In this document: piece by piece, positions 17,318-26,713 of the stretch | Layout of the letters: the number at the start of each line of letters is the position of its first letter | How positions within the stretch are numbered: the first letter of the stretch is position 1 | Source: Candidatus Altiarchaeota archaeon | GTDB taxonomy: Archaea > Altiarchaeota > Altiarchaeia > IMC4 > SCGC-AAA252-I15 | Direction of reading: 5' to 3' | DNA length: 64,000 nt | NCBI GenBank assembly: GCA_028712125.1 | Contig: JAQTQS010000002.1 | Location: forward strand, 1,417-65,416 | Made by a program: the position numbers and the translations under genes | Notes under the pieces: generated by a model | Seen by the model: the letters and a program-made list of their open reading frames with translations, nothing else | Told to the model about the DNA's origin: nothing | Database searches by the model: none

Positions 17318-18841
17318 TTATACTTCCAGCAGCGTATTGGGCGGTTTGTTCTGGATTGCGGCGTCTATGACTGTCTCCTTGTCCATATAATAGTAGTTCA
17401 TTATTTTCCCGACTTCCTCGACCTGTCGCAGTTTGTTTTCCACCAGCCAGTCGAGTATCGTCTTCTTTATCTCGACTTCCTTTTGGAGCTCGTCCCGGTT
17501 CATGCCGGTATGGCGTTCAAGCTCGTCATATAGGCGTATCGGCTGGTTTATCATCGGGTAGCTGTCGTCCCGCGCGCGCCATGAGTAGATTATGTTCGGC
17601 CGGTATTTGATTTGGCCGCTTCGGGCGCTTTCCTCGTCCATTATGAATTCGCCGAGTTCGAATATCCTTCTTATGCCGCGCCGGCGGTCTCGGAACATGA
17701 CCACGTTCAGGTGCACGGAGTCCAGCATGCTGTGCGGGATGTTGACCGGCGGGTTTGTCAGGCGCGTTATGGTTTGGTGGCAGGTGTCCGCGTGGAGCGT
17801 GCAGTATACCGAGTGGCCGGTGTGCATTGCTTCGAATAGCACTTCGGCTTCCCTTTGTTTCCTGACTTCGCCCATTATTATCCTGTCCGGGCGCATTCTC
17901 AGCGAGTTGACGAGTAGGTCGAGCATCGAGACTTCGCCTTTGCCTTCGGGGTTCGGCTCCCTTGTGACTAGGGGGCACCAGTATAGGAAGCTCGGCAGCT
18001 GGAGCTCGCGGGTGTCTTCTATGGAGAGTATGCGGTGGTTTGGCTGGATGAACGGCATGAGGATGTTCAGCAGGCTCGTCTTTCCTGAGGCGGTTCCCCC
18101 GGAGACTATCATGTTCATCTCGTACTGGATGGCAAGCCACATGAGCGCGAGTATCTCGGAGCTGATGGTCTTGTTCATGATGAAGTCGGGGGCGGTCCAA
18201 GGGTCGCGGGCGAACTTCCTTATCGTTATCGTGTTGCCTTTTGATGCTATCGGGCTTAGGATGGCGTTCGCACGGTCCTTGCTTATGAGGTGGGCGTCAA
18301 GAAGCGGGTTGAGGGTCGTGATTTCCCGCCCTATGCGCCTTGCTATGGTGCTTGCGTAGTTCAGTATCTTGGCTTCGGTTTTTATCGTTATGTTTGTCAG
18401 CAGCCAGCCGTATTTCTTGTGGTAGACCCGGACTGGTTCGCTTGCCGAGTTGATGACGATTTCCTCGAGGTATGGGTCCTGGAGGAAGAACTCGATTTCA
18501 TCCAGCCCCAGGAGTTCGTTGAGCAGGCTCAGGACGAAGTGGTCTTTTACCGCCTTGTCCAGGCTGGGCAGCTCTTCCATTAGTATCCTGTTGGCGTTTT
18601 CCTTGAATGTCCTTTTCAGGTTGTCGATGGCGTCCTCGCTCTGGAGCTCCTCGCCGTCCATTTCCACGCCGGATATGAGTTTGTCCTTTATGTCGTCAAG
18701 CAGCGCGGATGTTGCGATGTCCACTTGGGGGACGACGATTTTGTAAAGCTTCAGGTTGTGTTCGAAAACCACTGCTATTGGGGTTTTTGTATCCCCGGTC
18801 AAGACGTCGTAGACCTCCAGGACCTTTTCATTGCTTGTCAT
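17318..18841 (-). CDS. Type IV pilus / archaellum-family secretion ATPase (PilB/FlaI/TadA-like)
   Basis: Walker A SGGTASGKTSLLN, Asp box/Walker B (RILSIEDTRELQL; PDRIIMGEVR), His box (MHTGHSVYCTLHA). Confidence 0.92.
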   Translation of the reverse strand: MTSNEKVLEVYDVLTGDTKTPIAVVFEHNLKLYKIVVPQVDIATSALLDDIKDKLISGVEMDGEELQSEDAIDNLKRTFKENANRILMEELPSLDKAVKDHFVLSLLNELLGLDEIEFFLQDPYLEEIVINSASEPVRVYHKKYGWLLTNITIKTEAKILNYASTIARRIGREITTLNPLLDAHLISKDRANAILSPIASKGNTITIRKFARDPWTAPDFIMNKTISSEILALMWLAIQYEMNMIVSGGTASGKTSLLNILMPFIQPNHRILSIEDTRELQLPSFLYWCPLVTREPNPEGKGEVSMLDLLVNSLRMRPDRIIMGEVRKQREAEVLFEAMHTGHSVYCTLHADTCHQTITRLTNPPVNIPHSMLDSVHLNVVMFRDRRRGIRRIFELGEFIMDEESARSGQIKYRPNIIYSWRARDDSYPMINQPIRLYDELERHTGMNRDELQKEVEIKKTILDWLVENKLRQVEEVGKIMNYYYMDKETVIDAAIQNKPPNTLLEV

Positions 18842-19794
18842 TTTTTCTGTTTTTTCGTTATCTCCGGCTCTCCTATAGTGTGGTAGTTTATCGTCACAAG
18901 GTTGTGCTCCTCAAGGATGACGGCCCATTCCTCCAGTTTTTCCTTGCTTATTCCAATCTCGTGCGCCAGCGCATCATTTATCTTTACCTTATCTCTTTTG
19001 TCTACTAGGTTAAATAGTTTGTCAATTGTGGTCTCGACCATCACTCCCTCCGTCTTGGAGGCTTCCTGGACTTTTTGTTCGGCGCGTTTCTGAAGCAGTT
19101 TTTCGGTCAGCATACCGAACCTCCGCTCCTTTATCCTCGCTATAAGGTCTTGTTTCGGATTTGACTGCGGCGGTTGCGCGGCGGGCTCCAGTCTGAAGCG
19201 TCCTCTGAACTCGGGTCTAGGCTTCGGGCCGCTGGTGCCTAGCATGCTCCTCATGGCGTCAAAGAATCCTCCTTTTTGCTTCAGGGGCACTTCTTTTATG
19301 CCGAGGCTTTTTTTCATCGTGTCGAATGCCTTGTTCTCCTCGAAGGGTTGTTCCGGCAGCTGGCCGCCGGGTCTGTCCTGGGAGCCGGCTTTCCCCTCGT
19401 CTTCAGTCTGCTGGCTTTCTGCAGGGGCTGTTTTTATCCTTATCTTGAATGTTTCAAGCGGTATCCTGTTTTCAAGGACGGCCTTGGAGTTCGAGCTTAA
19501 TGTCATGTGCATGTCCTCCTGGTGGAAACGTAGTATCTTCAGGTCGCCTTCGGAGCCGGCGAGGTTCTTGATCTGTTCGAATGCAGCTTCCTTGTAGACG
19601 GGTTCAGCGCCTTCGATAGAAAGTTCTAATGCCACGACTTCTCCTTCAGCGATGAGAAGTTCGGTCGTGTACGCCTTCCCCTCGATGCTGCCGTGCATCC
19701 TCATGAGGCCGTTGAAAGTCTGCCTGCCTTTTCTTGACATGGCGAAGACCTGGGCCTCTTCGAGGGTGAGGGGTTCTCCGTAAGGGAGTTCCAT
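18838..19794 (-). CDS. Hypothetical protein translationally coupled to the pilus ATPase, with C-terminal wHTH-like module
   Basis: 318 aa. Its stop overlaps the ATPase start (ATGA at 18838-18841). Disordered Pro/Gln/Glu-rich centre; C-terminal KINDALAHEIGISKEKLEEWAVILEEHNLVTINY. Confidence 0.6.
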   Translation of the reverse strand: MELPYGEPLTLEEAQVFAMSRKGRQTFNGLMRMHGSIEGKAYTTELLIAEGEVVALELSIEGAEPVYKEAAFEQIKNLAGSEGDLKILRFHQEDMHMTLSSNSKAVLENRIPLETFKIRIKTAPAESQQTEDEGKAGSQDRPGGQLPEQPFEENKAFDTMKKSLGIKEVPLKQKGGFFDAMRSMLGTSGPKPRPEFRGRFRLEPAAQPPQSNPKQDLIARIKERRFGMLTEKLLQKRAEQKVQEASKTEGVMVETTIDKLFNLVDKRDKVKINDALAHEIGISKEKLEEWAVILEEHNLVTINYHTIGEPEITKKQKK

Positions 19795-19831
19795 AATAAT
19801 CTACTTATTGCTTTTCAGGGGTATTAAGATG

Positions 19832-22420
19832 TTATGTGCAGCTGAGGTTTAAGTCGTCGATTACCCACCCCTTTGCCGTATGCTCATCGTCCGAGACGAA
19901 TCTGAACTGCAGCATGATGTTTTCTCCTGTATAGAAGTCTAAGGGTATGGTTTCCTTGATCCATGAGCTTGTTGAGCCCACGTCGGTTCCGTAGATTTTC
20001 AGCATTGTCCATGTGTCGCCGTTGTCTGTTGATATCTCCACTGTTGCGTTGTCGCAGCTGGGCGACCCGCAGTTTTCAGTGTCAAGCCTGTGCTGGAATG
20101 TGAGCGTGGCGCTTGATGTTGCCGTTATGTCGATGATTGGCGTGTGCACCCATTCGTTTGCGTTGTCTGTGTACTTTGAGGCGGAGTTGGTAGACCGGGT
20201 GTTGCTTCCCGAGTAGGCGCTGCCCCATGACGGCGCCCCGCGAATCCAGCCGGGACTGGTTCCTCCGGATGTCCATCCCTGTTCGGTTTCCATGTCATCG
20301 TACAGGCCGCAGATTGTTGTTGCCACGCGGCTGCTGCTACTGCTTGAACTTTGTTGGCTGCTGCTGCTGCTTGAGGTTGCTATGCTGTTCATTGAGGAGC
20401 TGCTGCTTGAGCTGGTGCTGCTGCTTGAGGTTGCTATGCTGTTCATTGAGGAGCTGCTGCTTGAGCTGGTGCTGCTGCTGCTGGTTTCTATGCTGTTGAC
20501 CGACGAGCTGCTGCTGCTGGTGCTTGACGAACTGCTGCTGGTTGGGAGGTAGATTATGCTGCTGCTGCTGCTACTGCTGCTGCTCTCCATGCTGCTGGAC
20601 GTCATCCTGCTCATGTGGGGGGTCATCCACTCAACGATGCTGCTGCTGCTTGAGCTGCTGCTGGAGCTCAGGGCGCTGCTGCTTGTGCTCGCATACAAAC
20701 TGCTGCTGCTTGAGCTGATGGAAATCTCGCTGCTGCTGGTGCTTTCGTACCAGCTTTCATTGCTGGTGCTGCTACTGCTGCTGCTACTGCTGCTGCTTTC
20801 GGCGCTGGTGCTGGTGCTTGCTTCGCTGCTGCTCGTGCTGGAACTGCTGCTGCTGCTCGAGCTGGCGTAGTTCGGGCACTCATTCACGCTGACGCACTCC
20901 GTATCCAGCTGGAAGTCATAAGCGTGCGCGCAGTCCAATTTCAACTTGTACGCGCCAATCCCGCAGGAGCCGACTACCGGACAGCCTGTCACGTTCATCC
21001 AGTAAAGATAGTCAACCCACGACTCATTTTCCTTGATGGCAATGCCCTTGAGTGCAAAGTCGTAGGGGCTTATCAGCGTTTCAATCCCGATTCTTGTGTT
21101 GTTGAAGTAGTCGCGGCTTTGGTTGCGGTAGAACTCGCTGAGGTTGTAGCGCCCGTCCAGCCGGTCCAGGAAGCTTGGGCCGTCGTAGTTTCCGTCGCAT
21201 GCGTAGGATGTCATGTCGCTGATGCGGTAGCATGACGTGTTTATCCCTGCAGGGTCGAATCCGATTAATACTTCATGGGTTGCCGGCCCGCTGGGGCAGA
21301 TTTGGTTTTTGACGCTGACGCAGGTGATGTTTGGCTGGGTTATGTTCCCCAGGCTGCAGTTGGCGCGGTGAGTTTCCCATGTGTCTGTGTAGTTATCCAC
21401 TGCTCCCGTGTCTAGAATCCACGGGATGCTGACATCACACTTGTTTATTATCGAGTTCGCGTCATTCGGCCCTTCGTCAATCACGCCTGCTATGTGGTTC
21501 ACCCACGACGAGTTAAAGCACTCGTCGTCAATCTGGTTGCACGAGCCGGCGGCGGTATCAATGATGAGGATGATATTGCTCCTGTCTGGCATAGTCTCGT
21601 TGCAGAACCGCGGTTCGCTGTTAGGCAGGCTGTGTTTTATGTCAGAGTAGAACACTGCCACGCCGCTTCCTGTCTCGTTGTTCATAGCCCCCTCCTCGCT
21701 GCAGCCGGCGACAAGCTGTCCGCTCAGCTTGTTGCTGCAGTTTTCTATGAACTTGACCATCTGGCCGTTGGTGTTTATCGGGTATAGGACGTCCTCGAGG
21801 CCTAGGATGGACGTGAAGGCGGTGATTTCGTGTGTTCCCTTGTAGAAGCAGATGTCCTCCTTGTCTTCGACTTCCAGGTTGGTGTTGAGTATTACTGCAA
21901 AGTTCCATGCGTCGTACATTACCACCGTGATGTTGTTGACCTGCATGGTTACGTTGAAGTTGAGGTTGTCGCCTTCGCGGATGATTCTGTCCATCCACTT
22001 GGAGAGTGTGTGGTTTTCCATGTAGCTTATGTTCCTGCCCTGCATGGTGCCGCACATAATCAGTTCGTCTATTGCGGCAGGCGAGCCTGTGATTTCGTGC
22101 GCGAACCGGCTGCAGTCTATGCCGCAGGAGCTGGTACAGTTGAATCGGTAGCCTTCAAGCGTGTCCCCGGATATGACAATGCTGTCGATTCCGTAGATGG
22201 CGGCCCTCCTGCCGAAGATTCCCATGGCCCTCTCTAGGTCTTTGTTTATGTCCTGTACGAAGTAGTGAAGTTCGTCGCACCTTATTTTAGCAATGGTGTC
22301 TTCGCTTTTCGTATTGATGGACGTGGCGTAGTACTCCACGAGCAGCAGAAGGGGTATTATCAGCAGGACTGCGGCTAGCGTGAAGATGAAGCCTTTTCGT
22401 TCCATTTTTGTCACATCCAT
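19832..22420 (-). CDS. Giant class III signal-peptide (pilin-like) surface protein with poly-Ser region and C-terminal jelly-roll (MAM / InhA-C-terminal-like) domain
   Basis: N-terminus MERKG|FIFTLAAVLLIIPLLLLV. Many Cys and N-x-S/T sequons, a roughly 190-aa Ser-rich tract, and a C-terminal domain (EQGWTSGG...WVHTPIIDIT...ATLTFQHRLDTE...ATVEISTDNGDTWTML...IMLQFRFVSDDEHTAKGWVIDDLNLS). Confidence 0.75.
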   Translation of the reverse strand: MDVTKMERKGFIFTLAAVLLIIPLLLLVEYYATSINTKSEDTIAKIRCDELHYFVQDINKDLERAMGIFGRRAAIYGIDSIVISGDTLEGYRFNCTSSCGIDCSRFAHEITGSPAAIDELIMCGTMQGRNISYMENHTLSKWMDRIIREGDNLNFNVTMQVNNITVVMYDAWNFAVILNTNLEVEDKEDICFYKGTHEITAFTSILGLEDVLYPINTNGQMVKFIENCSNKLSGQLVAGCSEEGAMNNETGSGVAVFYSDIKHSLPNSEPRFCNETMPDRSNIILIIDTAAGSCNQIDDECFNSSWVNHIAGVIDEGPNDANSIINKCDVSIPWILDTGAVDNYTDTWETHRANCSLGNITQPNITCVSVKNQICPSGPATHEVLIGFDPAGINTSCYRISDMTSYACDGNYDGPSFLDRLDGRYNLSEFYRNQSRDYFNNTRIGIETLISPYDFALKGIAIKENESWVDYLYWMNVTGCPVVGSCGIGAYKLKLDCAHAYDFQLDTECVSVNECPNYASSSSSSSSSTSSSEASTSTSAESSSSSSSSSSTSNESWYESTSSSEISISSSSSSLYASTSSSALSSSSSSSSSSIVEWMTPHMSRMTSSSMESSSSSSSSSIIYLPTSSSSSSTSSSSSSVNSIETSSSSTSSSSSSSMNSIATSSSSTSSSSSSSMNSIATSSSSSSQQSSSSSSSRVATTICGLYDDMETEQGWTSGGTSPGWIRGAPSWGSAYSGSNTRSTNSASKYTDNANEWVHTPIIDITATSSATLTFQHRLDTENCGSPSCDNATVEISTDNGDTWTMLKIYGTDVGSTSSWIKETIPLDFYTGENIMLQFRFVSDDEHTAKGWVIDDLNLSCT
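20373..20534. repeat. 54-nt tandem repeat inside the poly-Ser coding region
   Basis: Copies at 20373-20426 and 20427-20480 match at 53 of 54 positions by my reading. A third, diverged copy follows. Each unit encodes about 18 aa (SSSSTSSSSSSSMNSIAT). Confidence 0.85.
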
Positions 22421-25380
22421 AGTATAAGCTTGAACTTTGCCGGCCCCCAGAGGGACTTGACCCCTCCTGCCTGTATTACCTCGAACTTCACGGTGTCTGG
22501 GTTGAATAGGACGTCCACCCTGCCGTTGTTGTCAAAGTCGAGGTGTTTCATCAGCCGGTAAATGGAGTTGTCGATGCAGTCGTAGGCGCTTGCGGTCTGG
22601 TTGCTTGAGGTGTAGTAGCATTGCTCTGTGCCGTTGTACGATATCGGTATCTTGGCGGTCAAGGTCGTTCCGTCCTCGAATTCCATGGTCCACTCGCATC
22701 CTTCTGCCGTTTGGAAGACGTCGCCGTAGTCTACCATCATCTTCGCTCTTACGGTGTAGATGGCTCGGCTGTCGCCGGAGCAGCCGGTGCGCGTGTACTG
22801 GCCGTCGCCGGTTTCAATGTGGATGGTGTTGTTCACGCCCGATTCGAGGTCAGCGACTGGGATGTAGGCTATGAACGGGTTGCCGAGTATCGCATACGGC
22901 ATGCCGCCGCCATTGCCGTAGTCGTCCCACAGCCTATACGGCTGGTAATCCCCGACGCTCAAAAAGTCGGTCCAGTGCTCCCCTGAATATGAAGTCACCT
23001 TGGCGTCCGCTATTACAACATCCGAAGGCGCGAATAAATACCCCCTGCATGTGGCTGCGTCGCCGAACGGGTTCGTCGTGTAGACAAACGACAGTTCCCC
23101 GTAATCGCTGACGTCGCTAGGATCAAACCTCGTCTGGATGTAAGAGTCCCCGTACAATATTGTCCCGCTGGAGCCGCTTTCGTTTAGCAGCAGGGTTCGG
23201 TAAGTGCTGTTTATCTGTCCGGCGACGTCCATGTAGGCGCTTTCAAGGTCTTGCGCCCCCGCTGCCGCGTGATAGTACTCAGTGCGGGAGGCTATGCCCT
23301 CAAGGAGGCTTTCGCTGGCGAACGGTCCGAGTCCTATTGTGAATATCTTGGTGCCGTTGTTTTTCGCCTCCAATGCGCGCTGTAGGGCGATTGCCGGCCC
23401 TGCGTCGTTCAGGCCGTCGGTCAGCAGGACTATTATGTGCTGGACGTTGCTGCGGCTTCGAACGCTCTGAAGTTCGCTGTTGGCGTCGATGATGCCCAGG
23501 TGGATTGCGGTTCCGCCGCCTATGAAACTCTGGTTTACTTGGATTTGGATTTGTGTCTTGTTTTCAGTCAGGGCTGCTTTCGGCGTTGATGCGGTTGAGA
23601 ACTCCACGTAGCCCACATGGTCGTCCGGCGCAAGCTGCTGGAGGAAGGCGTTCGCCGCCGACCGGACTGCGTCCGCCATTATGACGGTATCCGTCTTGTT
23701 GATATCGTCGTCTGACGTTGCGTCGGTGTCCGCGTAGATGCTTATGTTCACGTTGATATCGGCGGGCGGTCCTGTTTTGGGCTGCAGGTCCCAGCCGTAG
23801 ACCGCAACCTCCCATGCGCCGGCCAGCGGGTTTTCGATATAGACCGCCTGTGGCTTGGTGCTGACGCCGCTGTAATATTCGTTGGTATTGCCGATTGTGT
23901 CGTTTGGCGGGTCGACTATTCCGGTGACGTTTTCAGGAGTTGAGGAGTAACCTCCTATCACCCAACTATTGTCAGGCCGTTTAAGGCTGATTACGACTTC
24001 CGAGCTTTCGGAGCCGTTAAATCCGTCTTTTGCGCCCCATGTCGCTGATGCCGCAAGGCGTTTGACTGAGGCGTTGATTGTGAACGTCTGGAGGCTTGAC
24101 CAGCCTGCGTCTGGCACGGTGATGTTTTCAAACACTTCGGAGGCGTTTCCGGCGGCGGTGAGCTGCCATCCGGCCTGTTCCATGCTGTCTGAAATGTCGT
24201 TGACCAGCATGATGTCCACGTACGACACGCTGGATACGTTGCCTATGCTGATATAAAAGGGCACGGTTTTGTCTCCTATCTGGGCGTATGACAACTTTGT
24301 CGAAAGGTAGCTGTCAGGAAGTGTACATACATATTCTCCGGTGGTGTAATTGATGCTGCAGTAGCCTGCGGTTTGGTTTGTTTCAAAAATCAGCGCGTCG
24401 CCTATGGTCATGAACGTCGTGTAGTTGCTCTTGAAGTGCAGGTATGCGTCCATGGTGTCTATCACTCCCGGGACGTATAAAGACGACCGCAGGTCAATGA
24501 GGCCGTTGATTTCTGGCAGCCAGTCTTCCTGCACCTTTGACGCCTCCTCGGTGTCAGCCTCGCCGGTTGTGTACTCCACCCTGAGGAAGCCGCCTCTTAT
24601 GTATTTGTCTTCGAGGTCGGCGCCTAGGAATATGATTTTGATTGCGTAATCGCCTCCAGTAAAGTATGGGCCCGGCGAGGCGATACAGGCGTTCGAGCCG
24701 TTGACGTTAGGGCCCATTCCGGTTCCCGATGGCGTGAAAGACGCAGGGTTTGAGACAGGGACTCCGTTAATCTCGACAGTGAACGCGTCGCCGGCGTTCA
24801 GCTCAAAGCACGCGCTAGTGACGTTGGCGTCGCCGGGAAGGTCATGCAGGATGACGGTGATATCGCCCTTGCCGACCGAACCTCCGAAGAAAAGGTATCT
24901 GGTATTAGTCTTCTCCCGTATGCCGGTGAGAAAAGCCCTGCTGACGTGTCCTCGGATGGGCATGCCTTTGCCGTAGCCGACTAGCAGGCGTTCGGCGTTG
25001 GTTTTGGTGGGTGACTCACCTTCCACAGGGCGCTGGCTGTCGTTGCTTTCGGCGATTATGTCGTTTTCAACCTCCAGCCGGTAGCCCATGTTGTAGGGTA
25101 TCAGCATCTCAAGGTAGGTTTGGCTTATATTCTGGGCCGTCTGCCAGAACGACGAGTTTGTTGTTCCGTTCGAATTAGCCCACGCCTCGCCGATGTCGTC
25201 GAGCACCCCGTTCTTGTTCAGGGTGTCAAAGGCGTCTTCAGACGCGTAGTGCAGTTTTTTAAAAGAAACCTCCTCGGAGTGGTACTTGTAGTATCCGCTG
25301 AGCCCGTATAGGACGATAAAGGAGAATGACAGGGCGATTATGGAATCCAATACGATTGCATACCCTTTCTTCATTTCCAC
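22411..25380 (-). CDS. Giant class III signal-peptide (pilin-like) protein with von Willebrand A domain
   Basis: N-terminus MEMKKG|YAIVLDSIIALSFSFIVLYGL. vWA with MIDAS DxSxS (MLVNDISDSME) and HIIVLLTDGLNDAG. 989 aa. Overlaps both neighbouring genes by 10 nt each. Confidence 0.8.
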   Translation of the reverse strand: MEMKKGYAIVLDSIIALSFSFIVLYGLSGYYKYHSEEVSFKKLHYASEDAFDTLNKNGVLDDIGEAWANSNGTTNSSFWQTAQNISQTYLEMLIPYNMGYRLEVENDIIAESNDSQRPVEGESPTKTNAERLLVGYGKGMPIRGHVSRAFLTGIREKTNTRYLFFGGSVGKGDITVILHDLPGDANVTSACFELNAGDAFTVEINGVPVSNPASFTPSGTGMGPNVNGSNACIASPGPYFTGGDYAIKIIFLGADLEDKYIRGGFLRVEYTTGEADTEEASKVQEDWLPEINGLIDLRSSLYVPGVIDTMDAYLHFKSNYTTFMTIGDALIFETNQTAGYCSINYTTGEYVCTLPDSYLSTKLSYAQIGDKTVPFYISIGNVSSVSYVDIMLVNDISDSMEQAGWQLTAAGNASEVFENITVPDAGWSSLQTFTINASVKRLAASATWGAKDGFNGSESSEVVISLKRPDNSWVIGGYSSTPENVTGIVDPPNDTIGNTNEYYSGVSTKPQAVYIENPLAGAWEVAVYGWDLQPKTGPPADINVNISIYADTDATSDDDINKTDTVIMADAVRSAANAFLQQLAPDDHVGYVEFSTASTPKAALTENKTQIQIQVNQSFIGGGTAIHLGIIDANSELQSVRSRSNVQHIIVLLTDGLNDAGPAIALQRALEAKNNGTKIFTIGLGPFASESLLEGIASRTEYYHAAAGAQDLESAYMDVAGQINSTYRTLLLNESGSSGTILYGDSYIQTRFDPSDVSDYGELSFVYTTNPFGDAATCRGYLFAPSDVVIADAKVTSYSGEHWTDFLSVGDYQPYRLWDDYGNGGGMPYAILGNPFIAYIPVADLESGVNNTIHIETGDGQYTRTGCSGDSRAIYTVRAKMMVDYGDVFQTAEGCEWTMEFEDGTTLTAKIPISYNGTEQCYYTSSNQTASAYDCIDNSIYRLMKHLDFDNNGRVDVLFNPDTVKFEVIQAGGVKSLWGPAKFKLILWM

Positions 25381-25910
25381 ACCGTTAGTCTAATCCTGAC
25401 TATTGTCATGTTCAGCTGGCTCGTCCTGACCATGGTCACCTTTTTCGTGTCCTGCGAAGGCCGCATGCCGGTCGTGCACGGTATGCCTCTGAGGGATAAA
25501 GTGCTGTCATTTATGTATTCCATAGCAAAGTAAAAATCATAGTTGCCTATGCCCGTAAGGTGCTTGTTGCACTCGTAGTTTGAAATCCCGCCGCCGCAGG
25601 AATTGTTATACAGGCTTGTGTTCATCATATATATGAAGTCCGAGAGCTTGTCCTCGTTTATGTTCCTGCTTGAATTGCACAGCCCTATGGTCTTGACATC
25701 GGCGCGAGACCAGTTCTCCGGGATACCCGCGGTCCTCACAAGGTTCTCGCTGACGTCGACCGCGGCGCCCTCGATATCGGACAAGTCCTCGGCCGCGAGT
25801 ATGTCAAATACCACGCTACCCCACAGGTATACCACGATGATGAGCACTATGGTGAAGACTATGTACGCCACCATCAATTCCGCGCTGACCATCTGGCCCG
25901 TTTTCCGCAT
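25371..25910 (-). CDS. Archaeal type IV pilin-like protein (class III signal peptide)
   Basis: MRKTG|QMVSAELMVAYIVFTIVLIIVVYLW: G|Q cleavage context with an acidic residue in the following hydrophobic helix. Confidence 0.7.
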   Translation of the reverse strand: MRKTGQMVSAELMVAYIVFTIVLIIVVYLWGSVVFDILAAEDLSDIEGAAVDVSENLVRTAGIPENWSRADVKTIGLCNSSRNINEDKLSDFIYMMNTSLYNNSCGGGISNYECNKHLTGIGNYDFYFAMEYINDSTLSLRGIPCTTGMRPSQDTKKVTMVRTSQLNMTIVRIRLTVWK

Positions 25911-25918
25911 TTTTCCCC

Positions 25919-26626
25919 TTATATTGTTATGGTACGGTTTACCATGTTGTCAGACTCTATGCTCTCCTCCACCCTATTGGTGACGTCCGCAACTATGACG
26001 ACCGGGTACCCCCCCGACGGAAAGCCGATTATCGTATGGTTTATCTCCACCTCCTCGTACGGGTTGAGTCCTGATAACCCCTTTCCCGCTCCGTCCAGCG
26101 AGATGTTGAAGTCGGCCGAGCCGACTTGGGCGTCGTTTTCAAAATGCACGCTGACCGTGACGTTCCCGCCGTCGTTCCAGTAGCGGAAGCTTTCATCCAG
26201 CGGCCGAAGGTTCGGCTTGTAGCAGGTTATGGAGAGGTTGTTGCCCTCGTTTCTCACGCGGTTCGTCGAGTTAAGGCCGTAGTCAAGGCAGTACACCACG
26301 ACATTGGACGCTATCGTTGTCACTGCCCACGCCTTGTCATTCCACGCGAGCTCTACGACGTTTTGGCTTATGGTCAGGTTGTATTCGTAGTTCCCCTGCA
26401 GCCTTTCAGGTATGGAGAAGTACTTGTAGTATCCCCTGCCCTGCTGCTGTATCGAGTCGAGGTTGTCGCCTACGCTTCCGGAGATGCGTTTGGCGTCTAT
26501 GAAGGTCTTGATGTCCGCGCTTTCCTGGGTCCTGTCAATGGAGTAAACTACCATCAATACGAGTATGAGTATCATGATTACCAGCGCGGTTACCAATTCT
26601 ATGCTGGCCTGGGCTTTGGAGTTCAT
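25919..26626 (-). CDS. Archaeal type IV pilin (DUF361-type N-terminus), probable major pilin
   Basis: MNSKA|QASIELVTALVIMILILVLMVVY: the QxSxE motif with Glu at +5 is typical of archaeal pilin N-termini. First gene of the locus. Confidence 0.8.
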   Translation of the reverse strand: MNSKAQASIELVTALVIMILILVLMVVYSIDRTQESADIKTFIDAKRISGSVGDNLDSIQQQGRGYYKYFSIPERLQGNYEYNLTISQNVVELAWNDKAWAVTTIASNVVVYCLDYGLNSTNRVRNEGNNLSITCYKPNLRPLDESFRYWNDGGNVTVSVHFENDAQVGSADFNISLDGAGKGLSGLNPYEEVEINHTIIGFPSGGYPVVIVADVTNRVEESIESDNMVNRTITI

Positions 26627-26713
26627 CCAATATTAATTACCCTTAATATATGATATATACACACCAGTCGAATATTTTAGGCAGCTGGCTTCAGCAGCGC
26701 AATCAGATGTGCC
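26627..26713. promoter_or_regulatory. Divergent promoter region (pilin operon / GT2 gene)
   Basis: AT-rich CTTAATATATGATATATAC (26642-26660) sits about 20-35 nt upstream of the pilin ATG on the minus strand. GAATATTTTA (26670-26679) lies upstream of the plus-strand GT2 ATG at 26714. Confidence 0.4.

Noticed and set aside
20227-20883. Cluster of Leu/Cys-rich plus-strand ORFs and an Ala-rich minus-strand ORF
   Set aside because: These are alternative-frame and antisense readings of the AGC/TCC poly-Ser repeat tract of the 862-aa gene. They are low-complexity artefacts.
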